Source: Minutocellus sp. GHC0000111 (lineage: Eukaryota). From it: a DNA stretch of 64,000 nucleotides. Both the position numbers and the translations under genes were made by a program. Below the pieces are notes generated by a model. That model did no database searches, was not told where the DNA came from, and saw only the letters and a list, made by a program, of their open reading frames with translations. Position 1 is the stretch's first letter. Every line of letters begins with the position of its first letter. Below, piece by piece: positions 60,581 through 64,000 of the stretch. Location of the stretch: NCBI GenBank assembly GCA_977018835.1, contig OZ361256.1:2790001-2854000 (forward strand). The letters are read 5' to 3'.

Positions 60581-61312
60581 ATGGTACTAGAAGTTAGTGA
60601 CAGCAAGGCCGAGGAAGGTGACCCTCCGCTGCTGCTGCGTTTCATCGACGAGAACAAAACTCTGAAATCATTCCTTCGCAAAGCTGATGATGCCTTTCGC
60701 GTCGATTCCATTTCTAGTTACGTGTGTGGCTTCGACAGTTGGATAGGTGGCGATGGCACCTGTGGAGCAGATAAGTGCTGGGATGATGACAACACGCTTG
60801 CCACCGCTTACACAGCTTGTACGGCCTGTACCGATTACACTGGCTACTACACCGAGGCTACCGGAGGCACATTCGACTCACGAGGAACGTATGACACTTA
60901 TCGCACCTATGGCACAACCGAAACGACTGAGAAAGACAATGATGTTATTGTTGAAAGTGAGGACGAGCAACGGGATGGAGCAGAAGAAAGCAGTGGGATA
61001 ACAGACGATGATGCGTCTGCCGAAGCTACCGTCGTGGCCGCTAACCTTTTGGCCGAGAGAAAAGAGATGGGACTTTCTGAAATTCCCATCATCCTACCCG
61101 TTGCCATCGAGTTCAATGCGAAAGAACAGACCATCCCCTGGAAAGATTACTCGAACCAGCCAACCATCACACCAGCCGCCGTAGAACTGGTTGAAGAGGA
61201 CCTCTACACGAGAACAAACCAGACAACCGAAAAGAAAACAAGCATTGTTTCAAAAAAGGTCAGATACTTGGTAAGCTCGGGCCTTCGAAAGTCCAGCAAA
61301 TCATCAAGCTAG
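60581..61312 (+). CDS. Hypothetical acidic Thr/Tyr-rich protein
   Basis: 243-aa ATG-started ORF with low-complexity Y-T-x repeats; no family recognised. Confidence 0.55.
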   Translation: MVLEVSDSKAEEGDPPLLLRFIDENKTLKSFLRKADDAFRVDSISSYVCGFDSWIGGDGTCGADKCWDDDNTLATAYTACTACTDYTGYYTEATGGTFDSRGTYDTYRTYGTTETTEKDNDVIVESEDEQRDGAEESSGITDDDASAEATVVAANLLAERKEMGLSEIPIILPVAIEFNAKEQTIPWKDYSNQPTITPAAVELVEEDLYTRTNQTTEKKTSIVSKKVRYLVSSGLRKSSKSSS

Positions 61313-61530
61313 TTTAGAACATGAAGCTCGTTAAAAATGAAATGCCTAGCGCATGGCTGTTAAGCTGTAGTTCATGTACATCATATGCATGCATGTATGC
61401 CGAGGTATGGACCTATAGATAATAAAAATGTAAAGCATTCTTCTTATTGTATTATTACTTGGCTGATCCATGGACATATAAACGGTACTTAGCTAGCTAG
61501 CTAGACTAGCTACTAGGTACATTTGTTTCA

Positions 61531-64000
61531 TTATTCTCGACGGCTACTAACCAGCGGCTTCCGCGACTTCTTCAGACCTGAAGTGACTTTGTAGTTTCGT
61601 TGAGTCTTGGGATTTGTACGCACTGTCACCTGGGACCGCTTCGCCGTGGATAGTTTTCGTGGCATGTCAACCTGATCTTTCCTTTCCTGGCGCTGGGGGC
61701 GCGGGGGTGCAAATTTCTTTACTTTCTTGACACCCGTACGAGTCTTCACTGTTGTGCCACTATTCATTGTGCGGCTATCAGTAGATATGGTTGAAGTCAT
61801 AGATGCCTTGCCGGACCGAGACTTGTGGAGATGCTCCTGTATAGCCAACTTCTTGGCCTTTTCGACCTTTTTCTTTCTTTTGATATGCTCCTGCACAATC
61901 CGGTGACAGATATCTTCAGCGTCATCGACTTCGATCGGTTTGCTCTTGGGAATTGAAACTTCCCTCCTCTTCTTAGGTGCCAATGCACGTTCATTAATAT
62001 CACTTGTGAGCATCATCTTGCTTGTGGGAGGCTCCTGCTTGGTGTCGGCCGATCCCCGAACATTCTTCTCCTTTTCAATTCGATTTGGTTCACTGACTGC
62101 GGTATTCTTAGATTCGTCGCTGCATTGTTTATCCATGCTGTCGCTGGGCGCTGGTATGACGGAGGGGAAAATATCGAAGAACCGCATGAGGCTGGAAGTT
62201 TCCAGGGGAGGTAACATTCCTAGCAGGCCCACTGGCTCCGTACTCTTCTCGGCGTTGCTATTCTTTGCCACAATGTCCTTGAAATAATCTTCCTCGATCC
62301 CAGGACGTTTGGGATCTAAGGGAACGACACGAGACTTTATGATCCGGCATTTGGATGTATCTTTGGTCTTCTCCAGTTGCTGATTTTGGGCTGACGGCGG
62401 AATCTCAACCTTTTGAACACCCTCGGACGGCGGGACCTCAACGTTAGGAATACCTTCTGGCCTTGCGGAGAGTGATCTTTTGATGGCAAAATGCGCCTTT
62501 GCTTTCTTCACTGCCTGCAAGTACCTCGACAAGGTGAAAGAAATACCTGCATCAAAGAGGGTCTCGGATTGACGAAGAGCTTTGTGCTGCTCAACCGAAA
62601 ATTCCACACCTTCTTCTTTTACAGGAACAGCAGCCATCTTCTCTATAGCAGGGATCTCGTCAATGACTGATGAAGTCTCCAACTGTTCCATAATATCTTC
62701 TTCGATAATTTTGGCCACGGCTTTGGGTGCTGTCACAGCAGCCATTCTTTCAACTGATTCCTCTGTGGCAGCATCAGATGAAGTATTGAAATAACCCGAG
62801 ATCTCCTCGAGGGCATTGCTAATCGATGACGATACCAGCAGCAGTAGCGCTTGAAAAAAAGCTTCCTCCCTCTCTTGGCCAGAGGTCGCTCCAGTGATGG
62901 CTTGTTTACTCGTTGATGTTTTAGAGTCAATCTCCTTCGGTAATTCAGGTTCAACTTCTTCTTCTCCTTCGCGGGATTTTGTTTCGGGTAAAGGTTGAGA
63001 AGGACCGAGGAGTGAATGATTGTTGCGATTAATGAAGCGAACCTGGGCCTCTTCATCCATGGCGTTGAACTTATCGGCGGCATTGAGGAACAATCCATTC
63101 GCCTCGAGTTCGAGCATAACGCCGGTGGCAAGATCTGCCGAACTGAGCAGCATACATGTATCTATAGGGAAGGAAGCACCTCCAGACATCGTTGGCATAC
63201 TCTGGCGTTCGGAACAAACGGTTTCTTGGTCTACTTCTAGCCTTTTGCTATCCGCAAGGTTCTCGGACCTTGCTGCTGTTTTCTCATCATAACATTCAGT
63301 GGCATCGGCACCCAAAGATACCAACGTAGATTCTGAGCTCGACGCTACTAGTACTGGGGACGTTTCGGGAGATGAAGCTATCGATGTCGCATCCGGAATG
63401 CATGGGACTTGAGTCAACTGCTCACACGGTTCAGAGCTGGGCGCGTCACGGGGGGCTTGAGAAGGTGGAACATCCTGAGACGCAGTAGTAGTTGAAGCAA
63501 CTGGAATTCGAGGAGCTGAAGTAGATGAAGGTTGGTACACGACGACGTCACTGCAAGCCTTCCTTGCGAGGCTCGTACTTGTACATGGAGCAGATTCCCT
63601 CGCAGAAGCACTATGCTCTGCAACCAGTTTGAGAATTGTAGCTATCGCCAATCGGAGAAGATCTTCGCGGCGCATGCGCCTCTGTGCCGACAATACAGAT
63701 GGAACGAACAGATCGTTCGGATTTCTGATGACGATGGCATTGTTGATGGCGATATCATGACTTTGCTCTTCAGGCGTTGTGTTGAAGAGCGGGCATTGGA
63801 GCCACGACATGTCGGAGAAGCAACCAAACGTCGACTCTTCATTCGAAGCAGACTTCTCAGCGTCTTCTTCTTCGTTTGTTTGTGCATCTCCGTTCTCAAC
63901 CGGTGGTTCGACCACTGGCTCGACCACTGACTCGACAGGCACACATGCCGTCTCTTCAGCCTCTTCTTGTTCTTCCAAATGCATTTCTTCTTCCTCGTCG
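61531..64000 (-). CDS. Hypothetical low-complexity protein; 5' end probably beyond the window
   Basis: ORF of more than 817 aa that remains open to the window edge; E/S/P-rich with a basic C-terminus. Confidence 0.6.
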   Translation of the reverse strand, partial: DEEEEMHLEEQEEAEETACVPVESVVEPVVEPPVENGDAQTNEEEDAEKSASNEESTFGCFSDMSWLQCPLFNTTPEEQSHDIAINNAIVIRNPNDLFVPSVLSAQRRMRREDLLRLAIATILKLVAEHSASARESAPCTSTSLARKACSDVVVYQPSSTSAPRIPVASTTTASQDVPPSQAPRDAPSSEPCEQLTQVPCIPDATSIASSPETSPVLVASSSESTLVSLGADATECYDEKTAARSENLADSKRLEVDQETVCSERQSMPTMSGGASFPIDTCMLLSSADLATGVMLELEANGLFLNAADKFNAMDEEAQVRFINRNNHSLLGPSQPLPETKSREGEEEVEPELPKEIDSKTSTSKQAITGATSGQEREEAFFQALLLLVSSSISNALEEISGYFNTSSDAATEESVERMAAVTAPKAVAKIIEEDIMEQLETSSVIDEIPAIEKMAAVPVKEEGVEFSVEQHKALRQSETLFDAGISFTLSRYLQAVKKAKAHFAIKRSLSARPEGIPNVEVPPSEGVQKVEIPPSAQNQQLEKTKDTSKCRIIKSRVVPLDPKRPGIEEDYFKDIVAKNSNAEKSTEPVGLLGMLPPLETSSLMRFFDIFPSVIPAPSDSMDKQCSDESKNTAVSEPNRIEKEKNVRGSADTKQEPPTSKMMLTSDINERALAPKKRREVSIPKSKPIEVDDAEDICHRIVQEHIKRKKKVEKAKKLAIQEHLHKSRSGKASMTSTISTDSRTMNSGTTVKTRTGVKKVKKFAPPRPQRQERKDQVDMPRKLSTAKRSQVTVRTNPKTQRNYKVTSGLKKSRKPLVSSRRE

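Overview
Gene-dense eukaryotic nuclear DNA with short GT-AG introns. The gene families and the bipartite plastid-type presequence point to a diatom or related photosynthetic stramenopile (inference). About 24 genes lie in almost strictly alternating orientation: a VTC4-like polyphosphate polymerase, an antisense RING ORF, an S9 prolyl oligopeptidase, an F-box-like protein, a secreted JmjC protein, pyruvate carboxylase, an epimerase-like/DUF616 fusion, a plastid-targeted SufE-MnmA fusion, FANCI, a GT90-like fragment, a PAN-like membrane protein, a CUE protein, a two-unit cathepsin H, a Cys-repeat/VOMI protein, a 2OG-Fe(II) oxygenase-like protein, a PPR protein, an ArfGAP, a BRCA1/BARD1-like protein and several hypotheticals. 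Many genes carry frameshifts or in-frame stops, most likely consensus errors. The most interesting candidate is the single-chain SufE-MnmA, a predicted self-contained sulfur relay for plastid tRNA thiolation. Next are the VTC4 with a degenerate SPX and a lumenal extension, the pseudo-epimerase/glycosyltransferase fusion, and the double cathepsin whose two introns are nearly identical. No rRNA, tRNA, CRISPR array or intact mobile element was recognised. All family assignments come from motif recognition by eye, not from database searches.
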